Shown here: positions 19,479 to 29,662 of the stretch, one piece after another
Position numbering within the stretch: position 1 is the stretch's first letter
Layout: each line of letters opens with the position of its first letter
NCBI GenBank assembly: GCA_964408285.1
Contig: CAYOYV010000001.1
Coordinates: forward strand, 64,001 to 128,000
DNA length: 64,000 bases
Source of the DNA: an uncultured Nitrososphaerota archaeon
GTDB taxonomy: Archaea > Thermoproteota > EX4484-205 > JAAOZO01
Reading direction: 5' to 3'
Position numbers and translations under genes: made by a program
Notes under the pieces: generated by a model
Told to the model about the DNA's origin: nothing
Databases searched by the model: none
Seen by the model: only the letters and a program-made list of their open reading frames with translations

Positions 19479-21707
19479 ATGACCATGGATGGGAAAATGG
19501 AGCCAGTGCTCTTCCAAAGGGATTTGCCTGAGTGCGAATTCACGGAATTCGATGCCGAAGGTTTCTCGAGCAAGGTCACAGGGGTAATACATCGAGGCGG
19601 TAGAGCGATTGGAGGGGTTCCACTTGGTGGGCTAGGAACTGGTTACGTTGACCTCAATACGGATGGGAGACTCGGCAAATGCACCATATTCAATAATTGG
19701 CCAAGCCCTCGGGATCTCAATTGCCCATTCCTGGGATTAGTCTTGGATGGTCAACTGCGTGTTTTGGCGTTGAAGCCGCCGGAGCGGATCAAAGGATCGA
19801 TTGATATTGAATACTGGGGACACTACCCTGTTGCTGATCTGCAGTACAAAACTGATCTGCCAGTGGACATCGGCGTTCGTGCCTTCTCCCCCTTTGTGCT
19901 AGGGGATTCTGAAATTTCCAACACACCGGCATTAGTCATGAAGGTCAGTCTGATGAATAGCGGAGAACGGAACCTGTCTTGCCGCCTCGCATTTTGCTTT
20001 CCTGGTCCCGTCAGGAGAGACCAAGAGGTATTTTCGCGGATTCCACTGGATGTGAAGGTCGACGGTCTAACAGGTATCGAGCTGAAGCACGGAAGGGACT
20101 CAGGCTACTTCATAGGTCTCCTCAATCCTGAAGGAAGGATCGGACTCGGGCCGGCTCTGGGAATGGATGGGAGCCCTTGGGAGCAGCTGACTGATGGAGT
20201 CAAGACAGCGCCCTCAGATCACCCAGGTTCTACGATAACCAACGACTTCACACTGGCCCCTTTGGTTCAAAAGAGAAAGACATTCGTGTTGGCATGGTTC
20301 TACCCACACTTCCGCGACAGCGATGGAAAGCCGCATGAACTCAGATATCTCAAGCGCTTCAAGGATGCAGCGCAAGTAGCCGAATTCGTTGCCGCGAATA
20401 ACGAGGGTTTGCTTAAGAGAACTCTCGCTTGGCAGCAAGTCATCTATGGAGAGAACTATCCAATATGGCTAAAGGACGGTCTGGTCAATGGGCTTTACAG
20501 CCTTGCCAAGAACAGCCTTTGGGTGTATAGCGACAGGCCGGACGACTGGTGGGGACCAACTGGATTCTTCACTCACAGTGAGAGCTTCACTGGATGTGCA
20601 ATAACGGAGACCATCGTATGTCGCTTTCACGGGCATTTCCCTTGCTTGTTCTTCTTTCCTGAACTTGAGCTTTCCACGCTGAAGGGATTCGCCCACTACC
20701 AATTGAGAACCGGGGAGATTCCATTCTGTTTTGGCACACAGACTGGACTGACTCGTCCCTTCTACTACTGTCAGCATCCAATCAACTCCTCCCAATATGT
20801 CCAGATGGTCTATCGCTACTACCTCAGAACGGGCGACAAGGATTTCCTGCGAGACTTCTTCCCTTCAGTGAAGGAGGCAATTCAGTTCGCCAAGACTCTG
20901 GACAATGATGAGGACGGGCTGGTGAACGACCATCCTCACGCTCCTCCCGGTGAGAATTGGCCAGCGAACCAATTCTACGACATCTGGCCCTGGTTTGGCA
21001 CCTCAGCATATGTCTCAGGAATCTGGCTTGGCACTCTGAAGATCGCTCAAGCTATTGGGGAGGCGCTGGGCGATGCCGAATTCGTGACGGAATGCAGTTC
21101 CATATTCGAGAGAGGAAGGTCCGCATTCGAACAGAAGCTTTGGAACGGGAAATACTATAGGCTCTACAATGACCCGCTGAATAGACGCTTGTCAGAGGTC
21201 TGCTTGGCGAACCAGCTTATGGGAGAGTGGTGTAGCCGAATAGTGGCCTTGGGCCGCATCTTTCCACCTGAACATGTGGAAAGTGCACTTGACTCGATCG
21301 GATACCTGAACTTCAGGGGAACCGAGTCTGGAATCATCAACGGCTGCCTGCCCAATGGGACTCCTGACAACTCAGGGACAACGCATTCATCTGAGATCTT
21401 CGTAGGCGAAAGCTTCTGTGTGGCCATGACAATGCTTCACAATAATCGGAAGGAAATTGGTCTCGAAATCGCTCGCAGGATGTACGAGAGTATAGCTCTG
21501 AGGCATCGAACTCCTTGGAACCAATACTGCATCATAAGTGCTGCAAATGGCTCACCAGTCTGGGGGAGCGACTACTATAGCAACATGGTGATATGGGCAC
21601 TGCCAATGGCGATTGATGGTCAGGACATCAAGACCTCCTCCTCCGAGGGTTCTCTCATTGACAGGATCCTCAGGGCGACTAGGATCATGCGGCCCACGGC
21701 AAAGTGA
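19479..21707 (+). CDS. GH116 family glycoside hydrolase
   Basis: GGVPLGGLGTG, YWGHYPVADL, AFSPF, NTPA; (alpha/alpha)6 catalytic domain with D.D.DGL, QFYDIW, LWNGKYY, NQLMGEW. Confidence 0.88.
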   Translation: MTMDGKMEPVLFQRDLPECEFTEFDAEGFSSKVTGVIHRGGRAIGGVPLGGLGTGYVDLNTDGRLGKCTIFNNWPSPRDLNCPFLGLVLDGQLRVLALKPPERIKGSIDIEYWGHYPVADLQYKTDLPVDIGVRAFSPFVLGDSEISNTPALVMKVSLMNSGERNLSCRLAFCFPGPVRRDQEVFSRIPLDVKVDGLTGIELKHGRDSGYFIGLLNPEGRIGLGPALGMDGSPWEQLTDGVKTAPSDHPGSTITNDFTLAPLVQKRKTFVLAWFYPHFRDSDGKPHELRYLKRFKDAAQVAEFVAANNEGLLKRTLAWQQVIYGENYPIWLKDGLVNGLYSLAKNSLWVYSDRPDDWWGPTGFFTHSESFTGCAITETIVCRFHGHFPCLFFFPELELSTLKGFAHYQLRTGEIPFCFGTQTGLTRPFYYCQHPINSSQYVQMVYRYYLRTGDKDFLRDFFPSVKEAIQFAKTLDNDEDGLVNDHPHAPPGENWPANQFYDIWPWFGTSAYVSGIWLGTLKIAQAIGEALGDAEFVTECSSIFERGRSAFEQKLWNGKYYRLYNDPLNRRLSEVCLANQLMGEWCSRIVALGRIFPPEHVESALDSIGYLNFRGTESGIINGCLPNGTPDNSGTTHSSEIFVGESFCVAMTMLHNNRKEIGLEIARRMYESIALRHRTPWNQYCIISAANGSPVWGSDYYSNMVIWALPMAIDGQDIKTSSSEGSLIDRILRATRIMRPTAK

Positions 21708-22057
21708 TCTCTTCGAGAGGTCCCCAGCATTCCCTTGTAACTTGCATTTTCCACATGCAGGACTATCTATCATTTCTACTAAGCAGACTTCACCTGTGCA
21801 CAATTGGCGTTCTTGTTGATGATCCTTGAAATGACTGCTTCGGAGCTCTCCTATGGCAATGTGGCCCAAGGGCCATCAACATGTTATAGACTAGGGCTCA
21901 CGGTTTTTTTCTTTTGCAGCCCTTCAGGGACCGTCGATTCGGGCCAAAATGAAACAGAGGGAGATTCTTGGCCGAACTTTAGCAATTCAATTAGCACAGT
22001 TGGTGTTCTCCTTTAGAGTAATAGACTAATCTTCGCTGGTTCTCCTGAAGCTTTGAA

Positions 22058-22681
22058 ATGGTATTCGGATTCCTAAGAAAGAAGGAACAGAAACCTGTTG
22101 CCCCGATCACGAACCAGTATGACTACCGAGCAAAGATCCAAGAGATCTCGATAAAAATGAGGATTCTGTCGGAGAAACTAGAGCAAAACGAGGCCAGACT
22201 CCAGGAGAAAAGCAAAAGACTGTTCGATAAAGTAGTAAGGGCTGAGGCGCTGAAGGACAGAGAGAAGGCGGCAATATATGCAGATGAAATCGTGCAAGTA
22301 AGGAAAGTCGCGAAGACGGTTTGGATAGGTGTAGCTGCCCTCGAGAAGGTGACGATGAGACTCGACACTGTCAGATCGGCAATGGAGGTGAAGGACCTCC
22401 TCACTTCGCCTGAACTGGGTGTACTGAAGCCCCTATCTGAAACACTGAGAGGCGTGATGCCTGAAGTGTCACTCGAACTGGGCAAGCTCAACGAAGGCAT
22501 GGAGGAGATTGCCATGTCATTCGGAACCATGGGTGACCAAGCATACATCCCAGAGGAAAGCGACGAAGAAGTACAAGCCATACTCCGTCAAGCTTCAGAA
22601 GTGGCGAGCCAGAGAATGAAGAGCGCATTCCCAGACCTGCCCAATCCGATGAGTGAGAAGGAGAGCTCGTACAGATTCTGA
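22058..22681 (+). CDS. ESCRT-III / Snf7 family protein (CdvB paralog)
   Basis: Helical hairpin with LFDKVV.A, AAIYADEIVQVRK, LEKV.MRLDT, VMPEVSLEL, EVQAIL.QA and a FPDLP tail typical of crenarchaeal/thaumarchaeal CdvB proteins. Confidence 0.85.
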   Translation: MVFGFLRKKEQKPVAPITNQYDYRAKIQEISIKMRILSEKLEQNEARLQEKSKRLFDKVVRAEALKDREKAAIYADEIVQVRKVAKTVWIGVAALEKVTMRLDTVRSAMEVKDLLTSPELGVLKPLSETLRGVMPEVSLELGKLNEGMEEIAMSFGTMGDQAYIPEESDEEVQAILRQASEVASQRMKSAFPDLPNPMSEKESSYRF

Positions 22682-22847
22682 TCTGTCTTCACGCAGTTGA
22701 GAGACCTTCTGAGTGTGCCCAGGCACTCATCCTACGCGTTGCGATACTCCCTGATAGTGCGATAGCTCAGCTCTCGCATTATCCCATTGGCGCTTTCGTA
22801 ACCCGGCCGGGAAGGGATTGGTCCTGAACTTGGAACAGATGTCTCCT

Positions 22848-23282
22848 TCAGGGACAGAAGACACATTTGCCCTGCCTCTCTTGTTCCGAGATCCATTGCT
22901 CTAGTCCGACTTCCCTCATTCTTTTCGAGTTCTCTACTGTTCTCCTATGATGGGTAATGCCATCTTCCGCAAATTCCATCAATAATGAGCAAGGAAAATC
23001 AGCACATTCGAAGCAATGCTCGACATTCTTGCTCTTGGCGCATAGCATCATCCTGCAATCTGAGCTCCAGTGTCTCTCGAAGCGTCCCCTGCAACCATCG
23101 CATCTTACCTGCTCTGGGTTGATTTTTTCCTTCCGTTCGCTGAGGAACCAAGCAACAATCTCGTCTCTCATCTCTACGTTTCCGTGCCCTGCCTCGTATA
23201 TGTCGCATTTGGCGCAATTGAGACCGCAGTAGGAAATCAACCAGCCCTTCCGCCCTACATGATCCATGATCCTGTTCACCAT
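22848..23282 (-). CDS. DUF3795 cysteine-rich protein
   Basis: YCGLNCAKC, CDGCR, C.MMLCA, HCFECADFPC. Confidence 0.85.
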   Translation of the reverse strand: MVNRIMDHVGRKGWLISYCGLNCAKCDIYEAGHGNVEMRDEIVAWFLSERKEKINPEQVRCDGCRGRFERHWSSDCRMMLCAKSKNVEHCFECADFPCSLLMEFAEDGITHHRRTVENSKRMREVGLEQWISEQERQGKCVFCP

Positions 23283-23355
23283 CGTGCCTCTAGGATCTGA
23301 CGCCTTCTAGCAATTCGGGCGACCTGGTCCTTCAGTGCTCGTGGAACACGCGCGT

Positions 23356-23976
23356 TCATTCAATTGTAAGATGCCTTCTTCGCATATCAGTCTCAGTTTC
23401 CTCAAGCCGGCGCATGAGAATGGCAACAACGCAATCAAGGAAGGTTGAACATGCAATTTCGAAAATGGTTCCGAGTGGTGCCAATGGTTCGTGTTCGCCC
23501 TTTATCTGTCTCGAGAAGTAGTCCTTTTCCCGGGGTTCCTTTGTCCTGCCATGAACTATCATGAGCTCGTCCGCAACGTGGGCTAGTTCGGAGTCCGATC
23601 TTGATGTCACTGCAAGAACCTTGGCTCCCAGCCCTTTGGCTATTTCGGCCCCTGTCACAACAAGCTTCGTTGTCCCAGATCCGGAGATCGCTACTACAAG
23701 ATCTCCCTTTCCTATGGCAGGCGTTATTGTTTCTCCTTGTACATAGACATTGAATCCGAGATGGACCAGCCTTAGTGCAAAGGCTCTGGCAACTAACCCA
23801 CTTCTGCCAGCTCCAAGCATCAAGACTTTCTTGCCCTTGGCCTTGGTCATCAACAAGATGTCAATCAGTCTCTCAAGCTGTTCTGCCTGTATCTCAGAGA
23901 TCGATCTATCTACGCTCGAATCAATCTCCTTGTATGCCGCTCTGAAAATGTCCAAGATCAGATTCTTTTCTTCCAT
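23356..23976 (-). CDS. hxlB: 6-phospho-3-hexuloisomerase (PHI)
   Basis: GAGRSGLV..AFALRL.HLG, GETITP, ISGSG.T, APLGTIFE; overlaps hps stop. Confidence 0.92.
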   Translation of the reverse strand: MEEKNLILDIFRAAYKEIDSSVDRSISEIQAEQLERLIDILLMTKAKGKKVLMLGAGRSGLVARAFALRLVHLGFNVYVQGETITPAIGKGDLVVAISGSGTTKLVVTGAEIAKGLGAKVLAVTSRSDSELAHVADELMIVHGRTKEPREKDYFSRQIKGEHEPLAPLGTIFEIACSTFLDCVVAILMRRLEETETDMRRRHLTIE

Positions 23977-24626
23977 CCTCTCTTCACCGCCTGAAGCATT
24001 TCACTTGCTGCATCTCGAGCATTTATCGCGGAAGTGATGTAGGATCCAACTATCAGTATCTTTGCCCCTGCGTCCAAAAGACTTGCTGCCATCTGGGGCT
24101 TTATTCCCCCAGCGACTGCGACCGGGATACGGGCTCTGGAAGCAATCACTCCTATGATGTGCAGCTGGTTCGATGCGGACACAGCCTTCTGCCTTTGCTC
24201 ATCCAGGCCTGTATGCAAACATACGTAATCCGCGCCGAGCTCCTCAGACTTCTTGGCTGCCTCAATTGGATTCGGGTGGTTCAAGAGGTCAAGCATGATC
24301 TGGATTCTGTCTCTTCCGGCTCTGATCGCCTCGACGACAGTTGATTCAGAAGCAAGGCCGCAAATGGAAATTATGTCTGCCTTTGCATCAATGGCAAGCT
24401 CTACTTCAATCCTTCCGGCATCCATTGTCTTCATGTCAGCGACGATTTTGACGTCATGTCGAAGATTTCGTCTCAGTAATGAGATTGCATCGATTCCCCT
24501 AGATTTGATTAGAGGTGTCCCGGCCTCGATGAGACTTACGCCTGCCTTCTCAGCGGATACGGCAATGGCTATTGCCTTGTCGATGTTGGTAACATCAAGA
24601 GCAACTTGCACCAATGGAAATTGCAT
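23958..24626 (-). CDS. hxlA: 3-hexulose-6-phosphate synthase (HPS)
   Basis: VQVALD, IEAGTPLIK, ADMKTMDAG, HTGLDEQ, VAVAGGI; start trimmed to ATG 24626. Confidence 0.9.
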   Translation of the reverse strand: MQFPLVQVALDVTNIDKAIAIAVSAEKAGVSLIEAGTPLIKSRGIDAISLLRRNLRHDVKIVADMKTMDAGRIEVELAIDAKADIISICGLASESTVVEAIRAGRDRIQIMLDLLNHPNPIEAAKKSEELGADYVCLHTGLDEQRQKAVSASNQLHIIGVIASRARIPVAVAGGIKPQMAASLLDAGAKILIVGSYITSAINARDAASEMLQAVKRGWKKRI

Positions 24627-24727
24627 TCTTGACCCAGACAGCAGGTGATAGGATTCAGATTTAACTCTATAATACGGCCCGTTCCTTTCGGATAGGGATG
24701 CTGTAGGCCAGTCGGATTGGACAAAAT

Positions 24728-25534
24728 TCATTTTCCCTGTTCATGTCCCGTTTTGGTGTAAGCACTTGTAGCAAGTTGCGGGTTGTCGGTCGTCATGAAA
24801 TCGATCCCCGAATCCAAGCATTTGATCATCCCTTCCCTGTCATTCACTGGCCAAGCATTGGCAAGTACCCCCCTCCTGTGACAGACATCGACAATCCCCT
24901 CCCAAGCCAAGTCAGTCTTATGTATTGATGCAATATTGATCGGATTCCGTGACAGCGGATCCAGCGATTCATTGAGTAGCCCCTCCCTTTCCTTGGGTCC
25001 AAGATTGCCCCTCTCGTTGGCAGATCTTCCTTTTCTAGCCATCAGCTCGCTCACAGGGATAATGTCGGCTTGTATGGGTATCCTTGGCTCAAGGCTTTTG
25101 ATCCTCGAGGCGGCTTCGTAATTCCGCCCAATCAGAATCATTGAACTGTATATCATGTCCTTTCCAATGATGGCATTCGTCAAGTCCTTCTCGATTGCAC
25201 TGGCCTTGATCTCAGGGGCCACTGAGACTTTGCCCTTAGCTAAGTCCAACACCTCCTCAACAGTCGGTATCTGGACACCCCTGAATCTTGGGGAGAACCA
25301 AGATCCAGCGTCCATCTTCTTCAGTTGTTGCAGAGTGAACTGCGAAACTGGACCCCTCATGTCGGTTGTTCTGTCCAGCGTGGAGTCGTGAATCACTACT
25401 AGGACGCCATCCTTGGATCTATGCACATCGAACTCTATGAAATCAACACGGAGCTCGATTGCCTCACGGAATGATGGAATTGTGTTCTCCGGCGCGGAAG
25501 AGGAAGCGCCCCTATGACCTATTACAAAGACCAT
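24728..25534 (-). CDS. glycerophosphodiester phosphodiesterase family protein
   Basis: IGHRGAS..APENT, IEFDV..SKDG, HD.TLDRTT, EIK, TTDNP. Confidence 0.92.
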   Translation of the reverse strand: MVFVIGHRGASSSAPENTIPSFREAIELRVDFIEFDVHRSKDGVLVVIHDSTLDRTTDMRGPVSQFTLQQLKKMDAGSWFSPRFRGVQIPTVEEVLDLAKGKVSVAPEIKASAIEKDLTNAIIGKDMIYSSMILIGRNYEAASRIKSLEPRIPIQADIIPVSELMARKGRSANERGNLGPKEREGLLNESLDPLSRNPINIASIHKTDLAWEGIVDVCHRRGVLANAWPVNDREGMIKCLDSGIDFMTTDNPQLATSAYTKTGHEQGK

Positions 25535-25540
25535 GATAGT

Positions 25541-25915
25541 TCACTCTTTCATTTCCGATGGCGCCTCTAGGCGAGGCGTCACGATTCTCCGCAGTATCGT
25601 CTTCAGCTGGGGATCATTTCTACGGTAGACATCAGGAATATGAAGCACAATGACCTTCGCGCTTGCGGAAGGCTGCATCGATTGAACGCAATCGGCATGC
25701 TCCTGCTCCATCACGAATATCCTATCAGCCCAATCCACCATATCCTTGGTCAGGCGTCTTCTTGCAAGAATCGAAGTTCCTGCTGATTTGACTTCGAGCC
25801 CGGGCCTAGTCCTGAACATCTCTTCAGCCGTGGGGCTCCTATCGACATTCCCCGAGCAGACGAACAACACCTTCATTTTTCGTTTCGCCACACAATCGCC
25901 CTGATTGCTCATCAT
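25541..25915 (-). CDS. low-molecular-weight phosphotyrosine phosphatase-like protein
   Basis: VLFVCSGNVDRSPTAE (CX5R), SAGT, WAD.IFVME, IPD. Confidence 0.88.
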   Translation of the reverse strand: MMSNQGDCVAKRKMKVLFVCSGNVDRSPTAEEMFRTRPGLEVKSAGTSILARRRLTKDMVDWADRIFVMEQEHADCVQSMQPSASAKVIVLHIPDVYRRNDPQLKTILRRIVTPRLEAPSEMKE

Positions 25916-25985
25916 AAGTCTATTGCCAATGGCATTGCGCTGAGATAATCTTTAATCCTTTGTAGCTATCCGAAACAGTTCATTC

Positions 25986-26825
25986 ATGTCCAAACAGAAG
26001 TCGGTCTTCAAGATTAAGGGAAGGAATCGGATATCCAAATTCAGAAGAATAACGAAGGAGCTCGTGTCAGCAGTCTCTTCCCTCAAGGGAGTAATGGGAA
26101 TAATGATTTCAGGGGCTGCTGTCAGAGGTTTTGCTGACGAATTCTCAGATATGGACATAAATGTGATTCTTGAACGCAGAGATCCTGAGCTCAGCAGGAA
26201 AATCCGAGATCTGGCATCAGTAGCTCAGATTCGCTATCAAACCGATGTTGACATGGAGGTCTATTCTCTCCACCACTACAAACGCAAAAGATGGGGTGAG
26301 ACTGAAAGGTGGGATTGTGAGAATTCCAGGGTCGTCTACGATCCAACTCGTGCCATGAAAAGAATAGGAAGACACAAAATGAAATCGACAGATGATTTCT
26401 GGACTAGGCGTATAGTGACTTCGGCTGAATATCTGAGGTGGTATTGCAATCCTTCCCAAGTGGCAAAAGAGAGTCTGGCCGAGGTATGGATCAGCAGGGG
26501 CGATCTCATATCAGCGCACTATTGCCTGAACTACTCAATCGAGCTTCTGCTTAGGATCCTTTTTGCACTCAATAAAAAATATCTCCCTCCTCCGAAGTGG
26601 AGATTGTTTGATTCATACGGGCTGAGTTGGCTACCGAAAGACTATACGAGACTGGTTAGGGAGGCAATGAAGATAGGGGGCTACTCCCGGAAGGAAATCA
26701 GTCGAAGACGTGGGACCATCGCGAAGCTGTGGAAGAGGATTATGCCCCGGATGAGGGACTTGCTAGGCTTGGGAGAAGAGGGCATATCTCGTAGGTATGT
26801 CAGAGATGTACTCAAGCAGGAGTAG
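25986..26825 (+). CDS. nucleotidyltransferase (pol-beta fold) with DUF4037-like helical domain
   Basis: SG..VRG.ADEFSDMD motif; LFALNKKY.P..KW. Confidence 0.75.
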   Translation: MSKQKSVFKIKGRNRISKFRRITKELVSAVSSLKGVMGIMISGAAVRGFADEFSDMDINVILERRDPELSRKIRDLASVAQIRYQTDVDMEVYSLHHYKRKRWGETERWDCENSRVVYDPTRAMKRIGRHKMKSTDDFWTRRIVTSAEYLRWYCNPSQVAKESLAEVWISRGDLISAHYCLNYSIELLLRILFALNKKYLPPPKWRLFDSYGLSWLPKDYTRLVREAMKIGGYSRKEISRRRGTIAKLWKRIMPRMRDLLGLGEEGISRRYVRDVLKQE

Positions 26826-26843
26826 TGAGCCCGGGGGGAGATC

Positions 26844-27278
26844 ATGACAGCAGAAGTGAGATTCAGAGCCAAGTGGTATCATTTTATTCCGATATTAGGT
26901 TATTTCCTCTATCTGCCTCAATCAAGCATCGACTTCCCGGATTTGGTGGGAAGAACCAAACTCCTCATGATCATGGAGAACACAATGCTATATGTGTCGC
27001 TTGGAGCAGCATCCTACTTACTAGGCATATCACGATCCCATTGGCTCATCATCGTCAGTATCGTCGTAGTCATCGCAACCCCATTCGAATTTCTGTTGAT
27101 CAGGAAGTGGGGGAAGAGATTCAAGATTCTCGGTTGGCACAGAGTTCAGCCCTTCGTGGGGAGGAAGCTGCTTATGGCCATTCTGTTCGTGGGAATCCAT
27201 ACTTGGAGCTTCCTATGTCTCGGCCATATCGCGTCAGAAGACCTCGCTCAATTATTTCTGTTAAGTGCACGTGCTTGA
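26844..27278 (+). CDS. hypothetical membrane protein
   Basis: Three to four hydrophobic segments; co-oriented between two + strand genes. Confidence 0.5.
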   Translation: MTAEVRFRAKWYHFIPILGYFLYLPQSSIDFPDLVGRTKLLMIMENTMLYVSLGAASYLLGISRSHWLIIVSIVVVIATPFEFLLIRKWGKRFKILGWHRVQPFVGRKLLMAILFVGIHTWSFLCLGHIASEDLAQLFLLSARA

Positions 27279-27321
27279 AGATTAGTCAGCAACCGATAAA
27301 AGGGAAACTGACGGAAAAGTT

Positions 27322-28152
27322 GTGATGGGAAAAAGCAGCGTTGAGCGATTTTACGACATGCATGCAAAAAGCTATTCGAAAGGCCGCTTGTTCCCGACCG
27401 CATCCGTTACCGCAAGGACTGCCATGAGCTTTGCAGACGATATTACATGGCATTTCATTCTCAAGTATCTGCCACAAAGGAGGTCTGCCCTGATCTTGGA
27501 TGCAGGTGCCGGTGATGGGTATTGGACGGAGAAGCTCATCAAGAGAGGGTATTGGAACATCGTCCTCTATGACATCTCGCGCGGAATGCTTGAAGAAGCT
27601 GAAAAGAGGCTGAGCAAGCTTAGGGAAAAGCATCAGACTAGGTTGATAAAGGGTGACATCGCGAACATGCACCAACTCCAATCGAATGCCTTTGACTATG
27701 TGTTCTCTCAGTATGATGCCGTGTCATATTGCATGAGACCCGGGATTGCAGTAAGGGAGCTGGCAAGGGTGGCGAAAAGCAGGTCATACATCGTCGTCAG
27801 TCTCGACACAAAATTTAGAAGGGTCTCCGAATTGATTGAGGCAGGACAGATAGCGGCGGCCGAAAAGTTGCTGAGGACTAACGTTTCTGATGAATTCGGG
27901 CACCCACAATACAATCTCAGTTGGGAGGAGCTGTGTATTCACTTCGAAGCCGCTGGACTGAGGGTCGTTGAAACAGTCGGTGCCCCGGTATTCATGCATC
28001 AAATCAAAGAGAACTCCCTAGCAAGGTTAGAAAAGGACTTGAATACAAGAAGGAGGCTTCTGAGGATCGAGCTTCTCAACTGCACAAACAGATCACTTGT
28101 GAACTTTGCTGGGCATTTGCAGATGATTGGCAGGAAAATAGATAGGACTTAG
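27322..28152 (+). CDS. class I SAM-dependent methyltransferase
   Basis: ILDAGAGDG, DISRGML, GDI, FDYV, ELARVAK. Confidence 0.9.
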   Translation: MMGKSSVERFYDMHAKSYSKGRLFPTASVTARTAMSFADDITWHFILKYLPQRRSALILDAGAGDGYWTEKLIKRGYWNIVLYDISRGMLEEAEKRLSKLREKHQTRLIKGDIANMHQLQSNAFDYVFSQYDAVSYCMRPGIAVRELARVAKSRSYIVVSLDTKFRRVSELIEAGQIAAAEKLLRTNVSDEFGHPQYNLSWEELCIHFEAAGLRVVETVGAPVFMHQIKENSLARLEKDLNTRRRLLRIELLNCTNRSLVNFAGHLQMIGRKIDRT

Positions 28153-28173
28153 TGCACTTCGCAGTTGCGTATC

Positions 28174-28809
28174 CTACCAGTTCAGCTTTGCAAGGAATCC
28201 CAAGGCAATTAGAGCATGGCCGTTCATATTCGGGTGAACGCCATCTTCTGTTGTCCAAACGGAATTTGATGTCTTGGTGCTGGCTCGTCTGAACAACGAC
28301 TCGAGCTGAATCAGCAGAGTCTTGTGGCGTTTGGCCAGCTTTCGAATGACTTGATTGTAAGGAGCTATGTCATAGGCTCTGCGATATCTATCTTCATGTG
28401 CTACAAAGAATGTTTCGGATAGAATCAGGTGAGCGGACGTTTCTTCATGTGCTCTGTCAAGGATCTTTTCGTAGCATGCCTCGAATTCCTCCGCGGCAGT
28501 CTTGGAGTCCTTGTTGGCGCTGTAGTCGGACGCAACGTTATTGATGCCTATGGCTATTGAAATCCAATCAGGTCTTTCTTGGACGACATCCGGGGTCCAC
28601 CTAGCTACTAATCGTTGGACTGTCTCGCCGCTGATCCCCTTATTCAACCATTGGATGGACCTGTCAGGATACTTGGCAGTGACCAATGCTGATACCAACT
28701 GAACATATCCATTTCCAAGGGGTGCGAAATCAAGTTGTCTACCGCAATCAGTTATGCTGTCACCTATGAAAACTACCTTCTCTCGAGAACGTATCTCGAA
28801 TTCAGGCAA
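28174..28809 (-). CDS. SGNH/GDSL hydrolase
   Basis: FIGDSITD, NKGISG, IGINN, DGVHP. Confidence 0.92.
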   Translation of the reverse strand: MPEFEIRSREKVVFIGDSITDCGRQLDFAPLGNGYVQLVSALVTAKYPDRSIQWLNKGISGETVQRLVARWTPDVVQERPDWISIAIGINNVASDYSANKDSKTAAEEFEACYEKILDRAHEETSAHLILSETFFVAHEDRYRRAYDIAPYNQVIRKLAKRHKTLLIQLESLFRRASTKTSNSVWTTEDGVHPNMNGHALIALGFLAKLNW

Positions 28810-28873
28810 ACCAGTTCGCCCAGAGATGATATATCGCGCTTAAAAGTATCATGCAGATTGCCAATGATCGCAG

Positions 28874-29662
28874 CTAGGAGGGCTTTCTAAATGTGACAAT
28901 GTAGAAGGCTTTCAGGATGTCCCTCAGTTGAATCTCAACCATGTCTTTGGGGATTAGGTCAATGGGGGGCTTCATCATTTCCGATCTACCCCTGAAGTGC
29001 TCACCGAAGAAAGGCAGACCTGCATAGAACTTCTCAACCATTGCCATTTCATCTCCTATAAGGATCTTTGTACCTGGCTTGGCTACCCTTATCATCTCAC
29101 CTATGGCTTTCCCCTTGTCGCCAAAGAAGTTTATGCCACCGATATGAAATACAACATCGAAGACATCCTCTTTGAATGGAAGAGATTCCGCATTGCCTAG
29201 GAACAACTCGGCATCAATTTTCCATCTTCTCATATTCCCTTGGCACTTCTTGAGCATTCCCCATGAGATGTCAAGTCCGAAATACTTCGCATTCCTCGGA
29301 AGGAGCCCGACATTGAATCCTGTTCCTATTGAGACCTCGAGCACCTTCGCCTCATTGCTTATCTCAAGATCGGCCAAGACGTTCCTTCTCAGCCTTCCGC
29401 CCGTGAGGAACCCGTAGATCCTACTTCCGAGATCATAGAATCCGGCCGATCGATCGTATAAGTCCTGATACTGCTTGTTCAAGCCAGAGATCTCGGTGTA
29501 GTCGATGAACATTGGAATGCCATCTTGAATGGGGAACTTCCTTCCGGATTCAATTCCCACCAATGCCTCACTTGGGACGCCGTCCCGTCTCATTTCAGAT
29601 ATCAACTTTAGTGGTTCGAAGGTTCCCGGACAACAGAGAAGATTCACGGTATCTGGCTCCAA
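28874..29662 (-). CDS. class I SAM-dependent methyltransferase with N-terminal Trm112-like domain
   Basis: LLCCP...FPIQDGIP N-terminus; VLEVSIGTG, GLDIS.GML, AESLPF, EMIRVAKPG. Confidence 0.85.
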   Translation of the reverse strand: MEPDTVNLLCCPGTFEPLKLISEMRRDGVPSEALVGIESGRKFPIQDGIPMFIDYTEISGLNKQYQDLYDRSAGFYDLGSRIYGFLTGGRLRRNVLADLEISNEAKVLEVSIGTGFNVGLLPRNAKYFGLDISWGMLKKCQGNMRRWKIDAELFLGNAESLPFKEDVFDVVFHIGGINFFGDKGKAIGEMIRVAKPGTKILIGDEMAMVEKFYAGLPFFGEHFRGRSEMMKPPIDLIPKDMVEIQLRDILKAFYIVTFRKPS

